Source of the DNA: a virus
Lineage: Duplodnaviria > Caudoviricetes
IMG/VR virus record: IMGVR_UViG_3300028638_000008
Span: 1 to 64,000 of that record
DNA length: 64,000 nucleotides
Direction: 5' to 3' (one strand)
Each line of letters opens with the position of its first letter. The stretch's first letter is position 1. The notes under the pieces are model-generated. The model saw only the letters and a list, made by a program, of their open reading frames with translations. It was not told where the DNA came from and made no database searches. The translations under genes were made by a program, and so were the position numbers. Of the stretch, positions 1 through 10,301 are shown in pieces.

Positions 1-60
1 ACATTCGTGGTCGCACACACTGCGGGTCGAGTAGGTTTTGCCAACTTCAAATTTACTCAT
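1..60 (-). CDS. 5' end of a hypothetical early gene, truncated by the window edge (MSKFEVGKTYSTRSVCDHEC...)
   Basis: ATG at 60-58 preceded by a GAGGT RBS and an early promoter at 93-121. Confidence 0.55.
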   Translation of the reverse strand, partial: MSKFEVGKTYSTRSVCDHEC

Positions 61-92
61 ATTTACACCTCGTTTTAATTTCGCACAAATTT

Positions 93-121
93 AATATAAC
101 ACCACGGGAAAATAATTGCAA
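93..121 (-). promoter_or_regulatory. Early sigma70-type promoter
   Basis: Minus strand TTGCAA-17nt-TATATT, AT-rich upstream, AAAACGAGGT leader downstream. Confidence 0.75.
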
Positions 122-141
122 GCAAAAATAAAATTATTTTC

Positions 142-176
142 AAAAAAAATACCCGGCCATTGCGACCGGGCAAAAA
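142..176 (-). terminator. Intrinsic terminator
   Basis: CCCGG/CCGGG stem flanked by A-tracts, directly after ORF 201..1583. Confidence 0.65.
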
Positions 177-200
177 GAGAGGATTTATGGACAAAACAGC

Positions 201-1583
201 CTAATCAAGCCGAAGCAATCTTTCTGAAGCCCTGCCGCGTCGGTCGTATTCAATCAACCGACAACCACAACCGCCGCCTAACCCTTTTGAAATGGCGTAT
301 TGGTCGGCACCGCAGAAGCTTTCGTGATAAAAAACGGTTATGCCGTTAAATTCTTCAATTTTCCTGTGGTGCAGGTGGCCCGCCAAGACCTCAAGGACTG
401 ATTCACCGCGCCACATGCGTTCAAGTTCTGCAAGGCGTTTAATGTCGCCCTGATGCCCGTGACAGCAAAGCAGGCTATAATCAAAAATCTTTACAAGCGC
501 CATGCTATAAACTGGTTCAATAAATTCAACCTGTTTAAATTGCTGAAACTTGGCTTTTAAGCCCCACTCAATAAAGCGCCCGAAGCTTTCTTCGTCGGTT
601 CTATCTTCCCCTGCCTTTTCAATACTGCAATGATTCCCGTTTACATGTGCGATTCTCAGCGAAAATCCTGCGTTTATCAGTGTTATAAAAAGCTCTGAAA
701 GGCACTCGGTTACCTTAAAAACAGAATCAACCACGTTCACCGAATGTTTTTGTATGCTTCCCTTGATTCTGCCGTGGATAGCATCGCCAAGGCTTGCAAT
801 CGTTAAGCGACAGGGCTGAATTGTCGCGCAAATCCGCGTAGCAAGCACCTTAAATCGGCGCTTCATTACATCAAAATTGTAAACATTCCAAGGGCTGTCA
901 ATCTCAAGGCCGCTGTGAATGTCGGTAATTACAAGCACCCTTTCAATATCGCTTTCGGTGGTTATCGGCGTCGCCGGGTATGGGCGCGGGTCGATTGCGT
1001 TTATTTTTGCCGAAAACTCATCTTTCCAATAATCGGCCTTTTGAAGCCGTTTAACTTCACTCTCAATATCGCTATGTTTGTTTTTTTCGTATTTTTGCAG
1101 GGCATAACGTTTTTTTGCAATTCTAACCTGCTCTGCCATTTCATCAACGGTCATTTCGTCGATTCTATGCGGCGCAAAAGGCAACGACGTTTTTACGATT
1201 GAAAAGGCCGTTTTAAGGGCATAAAACTCAGCGCGGGTAATGCCGATTTTGATTGCCACTTCTTCAAGATTCAAATCGGCAACACAATAGAGCTTGAAAG
1301 CCTCATCAATCTTATCGTCAGAAATGGTTAGCTTCTGATTTTTACCGTAGTAAATCACGTAACCTGTTTCGGTTTTTTCGTATTTCGGCTTGCGCTCGGT
1401 TTCACCCTGTTTTTCTATTGGTTCTGCCCGCTCTTTTGCGTCGCCAACCAAAGGCCGCAGAGCATTTCTAACCTTGCGCGGTGTCCATGCGTCGAAGCCC
1501 TTTTTAACAAGCATGTCGGATATTTCTTTTACCGAACAGCCCGCAGCATGATTATCAATGCAGAATTTTCGCAGCTCATTCAT
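201..1583 (-). CDS. N-terminal helical/HTH-like region fused to a calcineurin-like metallophosphoesterase
   Basis: Motifs DIH (ITDIHSG), GD (SLGDAIHG), GNH (VNGNHC), HGH (CCHGHQ), GHLH (LAGHLHH). Confidence 0.75.
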   Translation of the reverse strand: MNELRKFCIDNHAAGCSVKEISDMLVKKGFDAWTPRKVRNALRPLVGDAKERAEPIEKQGETERKPKYEKTETGYVIYYGKNQKLTISDDKIDEAFKLYCVADLNLEEVAIKIGITRAEFYALKTAFSIVKTSLPFAPHRIDEMTVDEMAEQVRIAKKRYALQKYEKNKHSDIESEVKRLQKADYWKDEFSAKINAIDPRPYPATPITTESDIERVLVITDIHSGLEIDSPWNVYNFDVMKRRFKVLATRICATIQPCRLTIASLGDAIHGRIKGSIQKHSVNVVDSVFKVTECLSELFITLINAGFSLRIAHVNGNHCSIEKAGEDRTDEESFGRFIEWGLKAKFQQFKQVEFIEPVYSMALVKIFDYSLLCCHGHQGDIKRLAELERMWRGESVLEVLAGHLHHRKIEEFNGITVFYHESFCGADQYAISKGLGGGCGCRLIEYDRRGRASERLLRLD

Positions 1584-1830
1584 CGTCTGGCTCCATGTGA
1601 AAGCCTATTGCCGATTCTCTTTCTGGCGGTTCCTGCTCTCCCTCGCATAGCTGGCCTTGTTCAATCATAACCTGCAAGCCGATTTCGAGAAAAAGGCGAG
1701 CCTGCTGACTAACCGTTCTGATTTCGTCTTTTGCAAACTGCTTAATATTGTAATAGATTTCTTCAGGCACAGTCAGCGTTATTTTGCGCGTGTCGCGCTG
1801 TTTTTTAACAACTCGCTTCTTTTTCTGCAT
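1576..1830 (-). CDS. Ribbon-helix-helix (Arc-like) DNA-binding protein
   Basis: KITLTVPEEIYYNIKQFAKDEIRTVSQQARLFLE fits the RHH pattern. Confidence 0.6.
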   Translation of the reverse strand: MQKKKRVVKKQRDTRKITLTVPEEIYYNIKQFAKDEIRTVSQQARLFLEIGLQVMIEQGQLCEGEQEPPERESAIGFHMEPDDE

Positions 1831-2054
1831 GATTCACCGCCCTTTGTTGATTTAAACCGTCTGCAAGTCGCGCTCTAACAATTCTTGCAGATAACACAGC
1901 CCGCATTTTCTACCCTCTAGGCTTTTCTTTTCTTCTGCCGTCAGCTCACGGCTTGTTTTTGCTGTCATTATCGCGCCGCAAGCACATTTTATCTGTATTT
2001 CGTAATTACATTCCATTTCACAATACCCCATTAAAAATTTAAGCCGATACGTTT

Positions 2055-2083
2055 ATGATACAACGCACCGGCTTGTTTTGCAA
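2055..2083 (-). promoter_or_regulatory. Early promoter
   Basis: TTGCAA-17nt-TATCAT. Confidence 0.55.
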
Positions 2084-2161
2084 AATTAAATTATTTTTTG
2101 CCGAAAATTAACGCATATAATCGACGCAATTCATCAAGTTGCCATTCCGTGTATTTTTCCA

Positions 2162-2464
2162 TTAATCCCCCATTATTGCCGAAATGATTTTTTCAAAGAT
2201 TGTGTCATTGTTCCAAATTGCCTCGTAATGGCCTTCTCGCAGCTCGATTTCATTGTAATTCTCGTCTTCAAAAACGCCATTAAAGAGCTTATGAATATCA
2301 ATATCAAAATCTGCCGGGTCATTCCACGTTGCGGGCAAGTCATGGCCTGAATGCAGCGCGGTTATACGCAATTCACCAGGCAAGGCGGGCAAGTTGATTG
2401 AACCTGCTTCGTCAGAATAAAGTTTAATTGTTACGTTTGTTTGCCTGTTTTGCCATCTTGTCAT
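2162..2464 (-). CDS. Hypothetical protein (likely start MTRWQNRQ at 2464)
   Basis: ORF track; start overlaps the upstream gene. Confidence 0.5.
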   Translation of the reverse strand: MTRWQNRQTNVTIKLYSDEAGSINLPALPGELRITALHSGHDLPATWNDPADFDIDIHKLFNGVFEDENYNEIELREGHYEAIWNNDTIFEKIISAIMGD

Positions 2465-2624
2465 GTTCAAGCTCCTTTCTTGCAGCCTCGTAGCCTTTGT
2501 TAAACCAATATTCGATAAAATATCTATCATCTTTAAGGCGCAAAAGCCTTTCAAGCTTTTGTTTTTCACGATTCAATCGCCGGTTTGTTTCGCGGGCTTC
2601 TTTCAATTCTTCGGCTTCGGTCAT
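2424..2624 (-). CDS. Hypothetical coiled-coil protein
   Basis: ORF track, GAGGT RBS. Confidence 0.5.
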   Translation of the reverse strand: MTEAEELKEARETNRRLNREKQKLERLLRLKDDRYFIEYWFNKGYEAARKELEHDKMAKQANKRNN

Positions 2625-2690
2625 ATACTTTTACCTCTTTTACTATTTGCGTTTAAATTTGCCCCGTTTCCGGGGCAGGAAATGGTAGCT

Positions 2691-2921
2691 TTAAATATAA
2701 TCTATACGCGCATGTCGTTTTCCGATTGATTCAAAATACGCGCGAATGTTCGGCCCCCAAAATGCAGCATCAAGAATATTGTTAAAAATCTTGGCTGCAT
2801 TTTCGTTTTTTGAAACACTAATAGCAATTATGCCGCCATTTTTATCAGTTAAAATGTCGGTTATAAAGTCACAATCAAGATTTTCTATGTTTGCATTATT
2901 TACAATTCTAATTTTTTTCAT
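2691..2921 (-). CDS. Hypothetical early protein
   Basis: First gene behind the promoter at 2955-2983, GAGGT RBS. Confidence 0.6.
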   Translation of the reverse strand: MKKIRIVNNANIENLDCDFITDILTDKNGGIIAISVSKNENAAKIFNNILDAAFWGPNIRAYFESIGKRHARIDYI

Positions 2922-2954
2922 TATTCACACCTCGTTTTGATTTTGGACAAATTC

Positions 2955-2983
2955 AATATAGCACCATTAAAAAATATTTGCAA
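2955..2983 (-). promoter_or_regulatory. Early promoter
   Basis: TTGCAA-17nt-TATATT. Confidence 0.75.
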
Positions 2984-2988
2984 GCGTT

Positions 2989-3282
2989 TTATTTATTCAA
3001 TCCATAGCAAATATATTTTTGCCGGTGATTATCCCATTGTGGCCTTGCAGCTTTAGCCCATTCGCGAAACTGTCTATTAAAAACTTCGCGGTCAATTACT
3101 TCCTTAGCCCTTTTGCGCAAGTATTTTATAGACTCAAGACCTAATGCTACTCTTGCAGCAATCGCCGCGCTATTGGTTGCAAAGTCGAATTGCACGAGGT
3201 CGAAAACTTCTTCTTCTGTTAAGGCGGGCACTTTTACTTTGCTTGCACGCGTTTCTGCCTCTTTTTGGCTTAATTCTATCAT
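2989..3282 (-). CDS. Hypothetical early protein
   Basis: ORF track, adjacent to 3284..3670. Confidence 0.55.
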   Translation of the reverse strand: MIELSQKEAETRASKVKVPALTEEEVFDLVQFDFATNSAAIAARVALGLESIKYLRKRAKEVIDREVFNRQFREWAKAARPQWDNHRQKYICYGLNK

Positions 3283-3283
3283 G

Positions 3284-3670
3284 TTATGACTCCATCATCA
3301 TTTTGGCAACTTCAAAAGATTCGGAGGAAATTGCCTTTAATTCAGCCATTTTGTTTTCAATTTCAGATGCAATAAAAGAAAGTTTCTTTTTGCGTTTAAT
3401 TTCGTTGATTTTTGCAATAGTATAGCTTCTTGGCATATCATCGCGGTCGTCGTCGATGTCGCCATAAGTGATTTTATCGGTATTATCTTTATAAACTTTT
3501 GCGGCGAGCTCATTTTTTTTGTTAAAAAGTGCAATTATTTCAGTAACTAATTTTTCTTCATTTGCCTTTGCTTCTGCAACTTCAGATGCAAAAAACGCAT
3601 CAACTTCAGAGTTGCCACCAAAAAGAATATCTAACGGCGATACGTTTTCCCAGTTAATTTCAGTTTTCAT
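3284..3670 (-). CDS. Hypothetical early protein
   Basis: First gene behind the promoter at 3712-3740, GAGGT RBS. Confidence 0.6.
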   Translation of the reverse strand: MKTEINWENVSPLDILFGGNSEVDAFFASEVAEAKANEEKLVTEIIALFNKKNELAAKVYKDNTDKITYGDIDDDRDDMPRSYTIAKINEIKRKKKLSFIASEIENKMAELKAISSESFEVAKMMMES

Positions 3671-3711
3671 TTTCTTACCTCGTTTTTATTTTATTCGTCG
3701 TTCACAAATTA

Positions 3712-3740
3712 AGTATAAAACAAACAAAATAAAATTGCAA
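3712..3740 (-). promoter_or_regulatory. Early promoter
   Basis: TTGCAA-17nt-TATACT. Confidence 0.75.
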
Positions 3741-5006
3741 GCAAAAAAATAAAATTTATCTCACCTCGCCAAAATTAGCCCGATTAGCCCATTGCATAAG
3801 TTCGGCATAAAGCATGACCTTGTTTTCTTTGATTATATCGGCAACCCTTTTATTTAACATAAACATGGCCGATTCTGCCGTTGTTAGTCGCGATTGTCTT
3901 ACAAAAGCATCATCTAACACAAAAAACACCTGTCTGTTTCTCATGCCGATTGTAATTGTGCATGTTGTATTTTTATTTGTTCCGCTTCGATATTGCTCAA
4001 CGTGGTAATTTTCGGCAATGCTTGGCCTTCCCGCCGACAAAGTATGCTGAAAATCAAGGCTAATCGGCGCATTTAAGAACCGCCGCGATGTGTAAACACA
4101 ATCAATCGTTTCGTATGCTGTTTTCAAAGCACTCTGGCCTTGCTGCAAAAAAAATAATCGGCGGGTTATCTTTGCCCCACCATTCGCGGGCCGCCGCTTT
4201 AACATCATCGGTTAATCGGCGCTCGCATGTCGTGTTTTTACAATCAAGATAAGTGCAAAAAGTTCTATCGCGATAGCCTATCATCTCACCCCACTTAAAA
4301 AATACCGATAGCGCCACATTGCGACGCGATAAATGGCTTCAAGATGTTTCAAGCTGCCGCTTTCGCGGGCAAAGTTTGCATCATCGCAGCCTTTTGCGTA
4401 ATTTATGCCTGATTTTTGCATTTCTTGGATTAGTTTTTGTTCTTTCATTTGTTCGCTTTCTCCCATAATTCCAAAAGTTTTTCGCAAGCCGCTTCCGCGG
4501 TAGGCTCTTGTATTTGCGTTTCAACACCCCGGTCATAGTTGCGCAAGCATGCAGACCACTTCTTTGTATCAAAGTTATAGCTTACAATCAGCATCGGCAG
4601 GCCGATTGATTTGTATTTTATATCGGTTGCGCGTTCAAATACGGTTTTATCGGCTTCTTTATAAAATTCGCAATCTTCATGCGTTTTGCCTCGTGCTTGT
4701 AAATCCATTAAAACACTGCAATCATGCGGTATTGCCGCGTCTTTGTCAAAAACGATGCAAGGCTGTTTTTCTTTTATATCTACGCCATCAACCGTGCAAA
4801 ATTTCATATATTCGCCCCTTTCAGCCACTCTTCGGCGGCTTTTAATGCCTCGACCTCTTCTGTTGATGCCGATATGGTTGTAGCTGTGTTGGTTTGGCCC
4901 CATTCGGGGTGGTATGAGAGCCTTTTCCCGTAGGCGATATAGAGCCGTTTAAAAGTCTTAACGACTCTTACAAGCCTATCGCCTCGGCTCTGCACGCTGA
5001 TTAGTT

Positions 5007-5324
5007 TCATTTTTTACCTCTTTCTATTCTTTTCAGCCTGTCGCGCAAACTCAAAAGCACGTGTTTTGCATAACATTCATGGCCCTGCATTTTGTATTCG
5101 TCGATATTTTCGAGTGTTTTTAAAATGCTTTTAAGGCCGATGTTTTCGCGGTTAAGGTCTCCGATGTCGGCTTGTAGGTCGTTTTCAAGTGGGCGATTGT
5201 TCCAAAACTGTTCAGAAATGCAGGCGTTGAACATAAAACAATCGCTGTTAGAGCATATAATGCCGCCCTGATGATTAAAGCCGTCGCTGCCGCAGAATGG
5301 GCATGGTTTTAATTTTGGGTTCAT
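5007..5324 (-). CDS. Lar-like restriction-alleviation family protein
   Basis: N-terminal LKPCPFCG...C...C...WNNR zinc-ribbon signature. Confidence 0.55.
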   Translation of the reverse strand: MNPKLKPCPFCGSDGFNHQGGIICSNSDCFMFNACISEQFWNNRPLENDLQADIGDLNRENIGLKSILKTLENIDEYKMQGHECYAKHVLLSLRDRLKRIERGKK

Positions 5325-5656
5325 TTGTTGCCTTTCGCGGCAGCTATGGCCGCTTTAATCAATCGTTGTGCTTGTTCTGCGCCAAGGCTAATTAGCTCCG
5401 ACTGCTCTGGGATGCTTGGGCTTCTTTTGTAATACCAGTATGCGGCGCACGCTTCCAGCGCCTCAAGCATCTGCTCAACCAGCTTCCGCAGCTCGGCTAT
5501 TTCGTCTATCAGTTGCTCCTGCTCTGCCATCGTAATATCAAGTTCTGATTCGCGGTCAGATAATGATTTCCGCAGCTCGGCGTTCTCAATTTCCAATTCG
5601 TCGCGTCGCTGTTCTGCCGGCCTTTTCGGCCATCCTACAATTTTTATGTCGCTCAT
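5321..5656 (-). CDS. Hypothetical coiled-coil protein
   Basis: ORF track, ATGA-coupled to neighbours. Confidence 0.55.
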   Translation of the reverse strand: MSDIKIVGWPKRPAEQRRDELEIENAELRKSLSDRESELDITMAEQEQLIDEIAELRKLVEQMLEALEACAAYWYYKRSPSIPEQSELISLGAEQAQRLIKAAIAAAKGNK

Positions 5657-5985
5657 ACTTCCCCCTTCGCGGCAACTATAGCCGCTTCTGCCTGCTTCAC
5701 AGCCAAAAGCGCGTTATTCTGCAGACGCAATAGACTTACTGCGTCGGTTATTACGATCTTGTCGTGAACAGTGCTGATCTGCTCGTCAAGTGACCTGACC
5801 GCTTCAGATAACAGCTCAAGCGCCTCAAACATCTGCGGCGCGGCGGCTATCAGGCGGGCGTTGGCCTCATCGTTCGTGTCTTTAAGCACAACGGCAACGC
5901 CCCAGCCGGTCGAGTCCGAAACGCGGTAGCCGTTTACTTCTGAGTGCGTTATTTTCCAAGGGCCGGGCGCGTGCGTCTTGCTCAT
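5653..5985 (-). CDS. Hypothetical phage protein (HxPGPW...ANARLIAAAP family)
   Basis: Common phage motif THAPGPW...EANARLIAAAPQM. Confidence 0.6.
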   Translation of the reverse strand: MSKTHAPGPWKITHSEVNGYRVSDSTGWGVAVVLKDTNDEANARLIAAAPQMFEALELLSEAVRSLDEQISTVHDKIVITDAVSLLRLQNNALLAVKQAEAAIVAAKGEV

Positions 5986-6164
5986 TCTTTCGCCTCCAAT
6001 AACGCCGCAACGTGCTCAAAAAGAGCTTGCGCGGCTTCCGGACTGTTTTTAGTGATAGATACAGTATTTCTATCGGCATAAATAAAAACGATGCTCTTTT
6101 GCGAAAGCTGAACCTCTGTAATCTTGCTTAAATCAATTAAAAGTTTTTCAGTTTTTAACCACAT
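5982..6164 (-). CDS. Hypothetical protein
   Basis: GGAGGT RBS; promoter at 6183-6211. Confidence 0.5.
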   Translation of the reverse strand: MWLKTEKLLIDLSKITEVQLSQKSIVFIYADRNTVSITKNSPEAAQALFEHVAALLEAKE

Positions 6165-6182
6165 TTTAATACCTCCATGATT

Positions 6183-6211
6183 AGTTTAATACAAGTTTTG
6201 AAGAATTGCAA
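6183..6211 (-). promoter_or_regulatory. Early promoter
   Basis: TTGCAA-17nt-TAAACT. Confidence 0.6.
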
Positions 6212-6502
6212 GCGTTATTTTTTATAAAAATTGAAAAACATTCAGGGCAAAGCAAAATTAAATTTTCAAGAAAATCACCCGAAGTTTTCAGATAAATATC
6301 AGACCTACCGCAAACATGGCATTTGCAAGAGCCTATCATTGTCGTAACACCACGGCGACAAAATCACCGGCTTTATATAAATGCGTTTCCATCATGCCGT
6401 CGTAAGTGCATTTATAACCAGCTTTGCACAAGTCTATAATTGTTTTTTGGTAAGCAGTAAAATCTCTGGTAATAATTTCGCGAGGTTGTTCTTTGTTCAT
6501 TT

Positions 6503-8605
6503 TTAATTGCTCCTATTCTTTTTTTGTGGTGTAGCCAAAAAACCAATTTCTTGAAACGTCGGGCCGCTAGAGTTTTGCAAATATGCCAATTTTGAGCGCG
6601 TTCCGGGGCCGTTTCTCGCCGCTGCAATCAGCAAAATTCTATTTGCTTCGGCCTTTTTTGTTGTATTGCCAGAAAGTTTTATTTCTTTTTCTTCAAGTTC
6701 ACAAGTATCAAGAATTAGCGTGGTTTGAGCAAGCCTTGTCAGCATCGCAGACCCTTGAACATCGCTAGACGAGCGTTCAACGCCATTAGCCCCGCTGCCT
6801 TTTACCGTATGGCAAACAAGAATCAAAGAACATCTCCCATCTTGAACGATTGCACAGCAATTTCTGATAAAATCTGCTTCCTGTTCCCATGAATTGCGCC
6901 CGGTAAAATCAATTTGGCTCATCGGGTCAATTACAACAATTCTAGCTCGCTTTGATGCTCTGCGTAGCCAGTTCAAAACTTTATCGGCGGTCACTTTCGG
7001 TATTTCGGTTTCGCCCTTTGCGTTTTTATGCCCATTTCGCGGGTTTTCGGTTACGTTTACGGCATAACCACCCAACTCATCACGCCGCCGCTTGTATGCC
7101 TCGGTTCTTTCCATTACCGTTTCTTTTCCGGTATCAATCATCTTATAGTTTTGCTCAAGAATCGCCAACATTCTCCAAGTCCACGCCTCTACGTCATCTT
7201 CAAGTTGTAGATATGCCCAACTTACGCCCATTTCTTGTGCGTGCTTGATAATATTCATAGTTAAAAAACTCTTGCCTGTCTTTTCTGCACCGGCGAGAAC
7301 TGTAACGGTTTTCTCTCTTAATGCTTGAGTCGAGCTTGTTAAGCGCGGCCACGGAAAACTAATCGGCATACTTTTGCCGCTATCTTGTTCTTCGAGGCTT
7401 TCAAACATTTTATCTAATACTTTATTGGCATTAGTGATTTTTTCGGTTGAGTCTATGCGCTTCAGCTCGAAAGTTCTGCCGCCATGCGCCAAAGAATAAA
7501 GATTCTGTTTGCCTTCAGTAAGATAAAGTATTCCGGTTCTGTGATAGCCATTGTATTCCGGTTCAATCGGGTCGAGAGTAATGCAGCCGTGATAATCTTT
7601 CGGATTATTCAAAATATCATCTACGGTTATTGAGATTTCGGCACCATCTTTGATAACCGTTATCATAAAGTCACCTGATAAAACGCCGCCCTGATATGCC
7701 CGTTGATAAAATTCTCTGATTTGTTTTTTGTGTGCCTCTGGCACATTTTTAATTCTATTTTCAATATGTTCTGCTTGCTTGCGCTGTGATTCTGGCTTCA
7801 GGCGCTTCTTTTCGCTCAAAACCATTTCTTGATACGCTTGTAACTCTTTGCTGCTCAAATTTTTTATGGTCGCAGATACAAGCAGGTCACTAGCTCCAGA
7901 AATCAAAACCGGGTCGCCGCGCTTTTGAATTAATGGTTTATCGCATAATGCCCCGCTTGCAAAGTCTAATCGGTTCGGCTGCCAAACAGTAGCATCAACC
8001 GCGCTGCGTTCAAGCAATGAACCCGCAGCACTAACAAAAATATGCCCGTGACCGGCAAGCCACATGCGTTGATGTATAATCTTGCCAATTCGCGGCATTT
8101 CTGATGCCCTATCAACCGCAAAATACAAACGCTGCCCTTTTAGGCCGTTAATTTGTTCATTGCCGTTGAAAATATAGCTACTGCTCGACGGATACCATAT
8201 TTTAACAACCTGCCGCGCCTCTGGTAGTGCTTGCTCAATAATCGCAAGAAAGTTTTCACGGTCAAGGCCGGTGTCGTGGTCGATAAACAAAATTCCGGGT
8301 TCGTTCGACCAGAAAAAATCTTTATTTGTTCTGCTAAGATTTTCCGGGCTTCTGTTTGCCTCAGTCGTTAATTTCTTGCTTGCGCCAACCATTAAACCTT
8401 TCGGCACGCCATAGCACAATGCTTGATTATGTTTTAATTCCGGCAGAATCGCCGCAAATTCAAGCATATTTGCAACCGATACAAGTTTTACGCTGCCAGA
8501 TGTCATCTGCCCGCCCGATGATTTAACCGGCTTGCCATTTTCAAGCCGATACCGCTTTGTCAGATAAGCGGGCTGTTCCGACGTGATAACTGAAAATTTT
8601 ATCAT
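6503..8605 (-). CDS. Primase-helicase fusion: putative AEP-like primase N-terminus plus DnaB/RecA-fold SF4 helicase
   Basis: LFIDHD (DxD) and SSSS...GLKGQRLYF in the N-half; Walker A VLAGAEKTGKS and Walker B IVVIDP in the C-half. Confidence 0.7.
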   Translation of the reverse strand: MIKFSVITSEQPAYLTKRYRLENGKPVKSSGGQMTSGSVKLVSVANMLEFAAILPELKHNQALCYGVPKGLMVGASKKLTTEANRSPENLSRTNKDFFWSNEPGILFIDHDTGLDRENFLAIIEQALPEARQVVKIWYPSSSSYIFNGNEQINGLKGQRLYFAVDRASEMPRIGKIIHQRMWLAGHGHIFVSAAGSLLERSAVDATVWQPNRLDFASGALCDKPLIQKRGDPVLISGASDLLVSATIKNLSSKELQAYQEMVLSEKKRLKPESQRKQAEHIENRIKNVPEAHKKQIREFYQRAYQGGVLSGDFMITVIKDGAEISITVDDILNNPKDYHGCITLDPIEPEYNGYHRTGILYLTEGKQNLYSLAHGGRTFELKRIDSTEKITNANKVLDKMFESLEEQDSGKSMPISFPWPRLTSSTQALREKTVTVLAGAEKTGKSFLTMNIIKHAQEMGVSWAYLQLEDDVEAWTWRMLAILEQNYKMIDTGKETVMERTEAYKRRRDELGGYAVNVTENPRNGHKNAKGETEIPKVTADKVLNWLRRASKRARIVVIDPMSQIDFTGRNSWEQEADFIRNCCAIVQDGRCSLILVCHTVKGSGANGVERSSSDVQGSAMLTRLAQTTLILDTCELEEKEIKLSGNTTKKAEANRILLIAAARNGPGTRSKLAYLQNSSGPTFQEIGFLATPQKKNRSN

Positions 8606-9642
8606 ATCAATTCCTCTTTAAGTTTTCGCAGTTCTTCGGCCTTTTCTTCGCGCTCCCGCTTCATTCGCGCTATTGTTTCTTCGTATTCTTCTTGCTGTCG
8701 CTTCATAAGCTCCGGGTTTTTCGCCCAACACTCGGCTTCTATGGCTTCGATAATGGCGTCATCGCAGCCTTGTTCGTCGTCATAGCTTTGTTGATGGCTT
8801 TTATTCAAATATTTGTTAATTCTACTGCTCAAAAAGCTAATACTGTGGCCGTTTTGCATCAAGAATCGGTCGTCATCGGCAAGATACTGCCGCAAAATAT
8901 CTTTGAATTTTTCAGGGTCTTGTATTTGCGATAAGATACTTTTTGCCGCTTTGGTGTCTTTACCGCTAGCAAAAGGGTCGGCCCTGCCAAGTTCGCGATT
9001 TATATCAATCCAGATTGCCCATGCGTTAGGCTTTGAGTCTTTGGGCATTTTAGCTGCTTTAACTTTTTTCGATTTTGTTTTAATCCCTTCAATTTGTTCG
9101 AGATCGCCTTCATCTGCGAAAGGCAATTCATCATCCGCTGATTTTTCAAAATCGGCGGGAATATCTTTTCTTTTATTTACTATACTTTCCTTTACTTTAC
9201 TTTGTGGCATTTCTGTATCAGAAACTCCGGCATTATTGTCGTTTCCGTTCCCGAAACTAGGGTTCCCGGCACAGAAATTCGGTTTTTTTGGCAAATCTCT
9301 TTTTCTCTTGTTATAAACCGTTGCCAATCTATCAACAAAATTTTGTGACCACACTATTTTTTGTGACCATAAAAACGAATCAATCGCTCCCAGTTTTGAT
9401 AGCAAATCAAGCAATCCGGCACAGAAACTCCACTCAAGTCTAGTTTTTGCTGCCAAAAACTCTTGAGATATTTCTTCTCTAAGGTCTAGCGAATGACCCG
9501 GCGTAGCGCCAAGTAATTCTAGTAATTTAAACCAAAAAGCATAACCATTGTTTCCATGTCTACTTTCAAGAATATACATGGTTTGCTTATGCTGACAATC
9601 ATGAGGAAAATAATCAATCGTATTTTGCGTAGGTCTTGCCAT
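8602..9642 (-). CDS. Replication initiator, DUF4373 (Lin1244/Lin1753-like)
   Basis: MARP...DYFPHD...GNNGYAFWFKLLE N-terminus; GAGG RBS before 9642; directly upstream of the helicase. Confidence 0.75.
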   Translation of the reverse strand: MARPTQNTIDYFPHDCQHKQTMYILESRHGNNGYAFWFKLLELLGATPGHSLDLREEISQEFLAAKTRLEWSFCAGLLDLLSKLGAIDSFLWSQKIVWSQNFVDRLATVYNKRKRDLPKKPNFCAGNPSFGNGNDNNAGVSDTEMPQSKVKESIVNKRKDIPADFEKSADDELPFADEGDLEQIEGIKTKSKKVKAAKMPKDSKPNAWAIWIDINRELGRADPFASGKDTKAAKSILSQIQDPEKFKDILRQYLADDDRFLMQNGHSISFLSSRINKYLNKSHQQSYDDEQGCDDAIIEAIEAECWAKNPELMKRQQEEYEETIARMKREREEKAEELRKLKEELI

Positions 9643-9643
9643 T

Positions 9644-10087
9644 TTATTTCCCTCGTCGTATAGAATGCGCCGCTTTATGACAATCATAGCAAAGCGTTAT
9701 GCCGTTTTCGGGGTTAGTTCTTTCGCTTGGGTATTTTGCAAAAGACCTCACGTGATGAGCGTTTAATATTCCGCCCCTCTTGCCGCACAGTCGACAAGTA
9801 TAATTATCTCTTTCAAAAACAATATTTCTCCAAGCGATTGCCTCTGGTGTCTGACGCTCATTTTGTTTTTTCTGCTTTCTAATTGGCATTACGTATATTT
9901 CATCATTCATAACAAATGCCTTGAAAAACGGAACGCCAATTCCATGAATCCTTAAATAATATTCTCCGGTTATCATTCCTTGTTTGAAAGCGCAGTCAAC
10001 ACAGCAGTAATCGTCGTTTATTTTATGATGCGGATTTCTCAATTCAATAAATTTTCTGCAAAATATACACCTTTTATCAAGATTCAC
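9644..10087 (-). CDS. HNH endonuclease
   Basis: WR..VFERDNYTCRLCG...AHH...N..TLCYDCH. Confidence 0.8.
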   Translation of the reverse strand: MNLDKRCIFCRKFIELRNPHHKINDDYCCVDCAFKQGMITGEYYLRIHGIGVPFFKAFVMNDEIYVMPIRKQKKQNERQTPEAIAWRNIVFERDNYTCRLCGKRGGILNAHHVRSFAKYPSERTNPENGITLCYDCHKAAHSIRRGK

Positions 10088-10088
10088 T

Positions 10089-10268
10089 TTATTCCTCCGA
10101 AAAAGGCATTATATCGAATAATTTTATTATTTTCTCGTAATTTTCCAGATTTGGCTTGCCTGCTCCATTTTCCCAAAGTCTAACCGACATAAGCGAAACG
10201 TCTAACTTTTCAGCAAGCGTCATTTGTGACCAGCCTTTTGCTTTTCTCAATTCTTTAAGATTCTTCAT
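10089..10268 (-). CDS. Cro/XRE-family HTH regulator, 59 aa (not in ORF track)
   Basis: Manual translation MKNLKELRKAKGWSQMTLAEKLDVSLMSVRLWENGAGKPNLENYEKIIKLFDIMPFSEE. Confidence 0.85.
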   Translation of the reverse strand: MKNLKELRKAKGWSQMTLAEKLDVSLMSVRLWENGAGKPNLENYEKIIKLFDIMPFSEE

Positions 10269-10301
10269 TTTTCGTCCTTTCGTGTAAAAACTTGTTTATT
10301 T

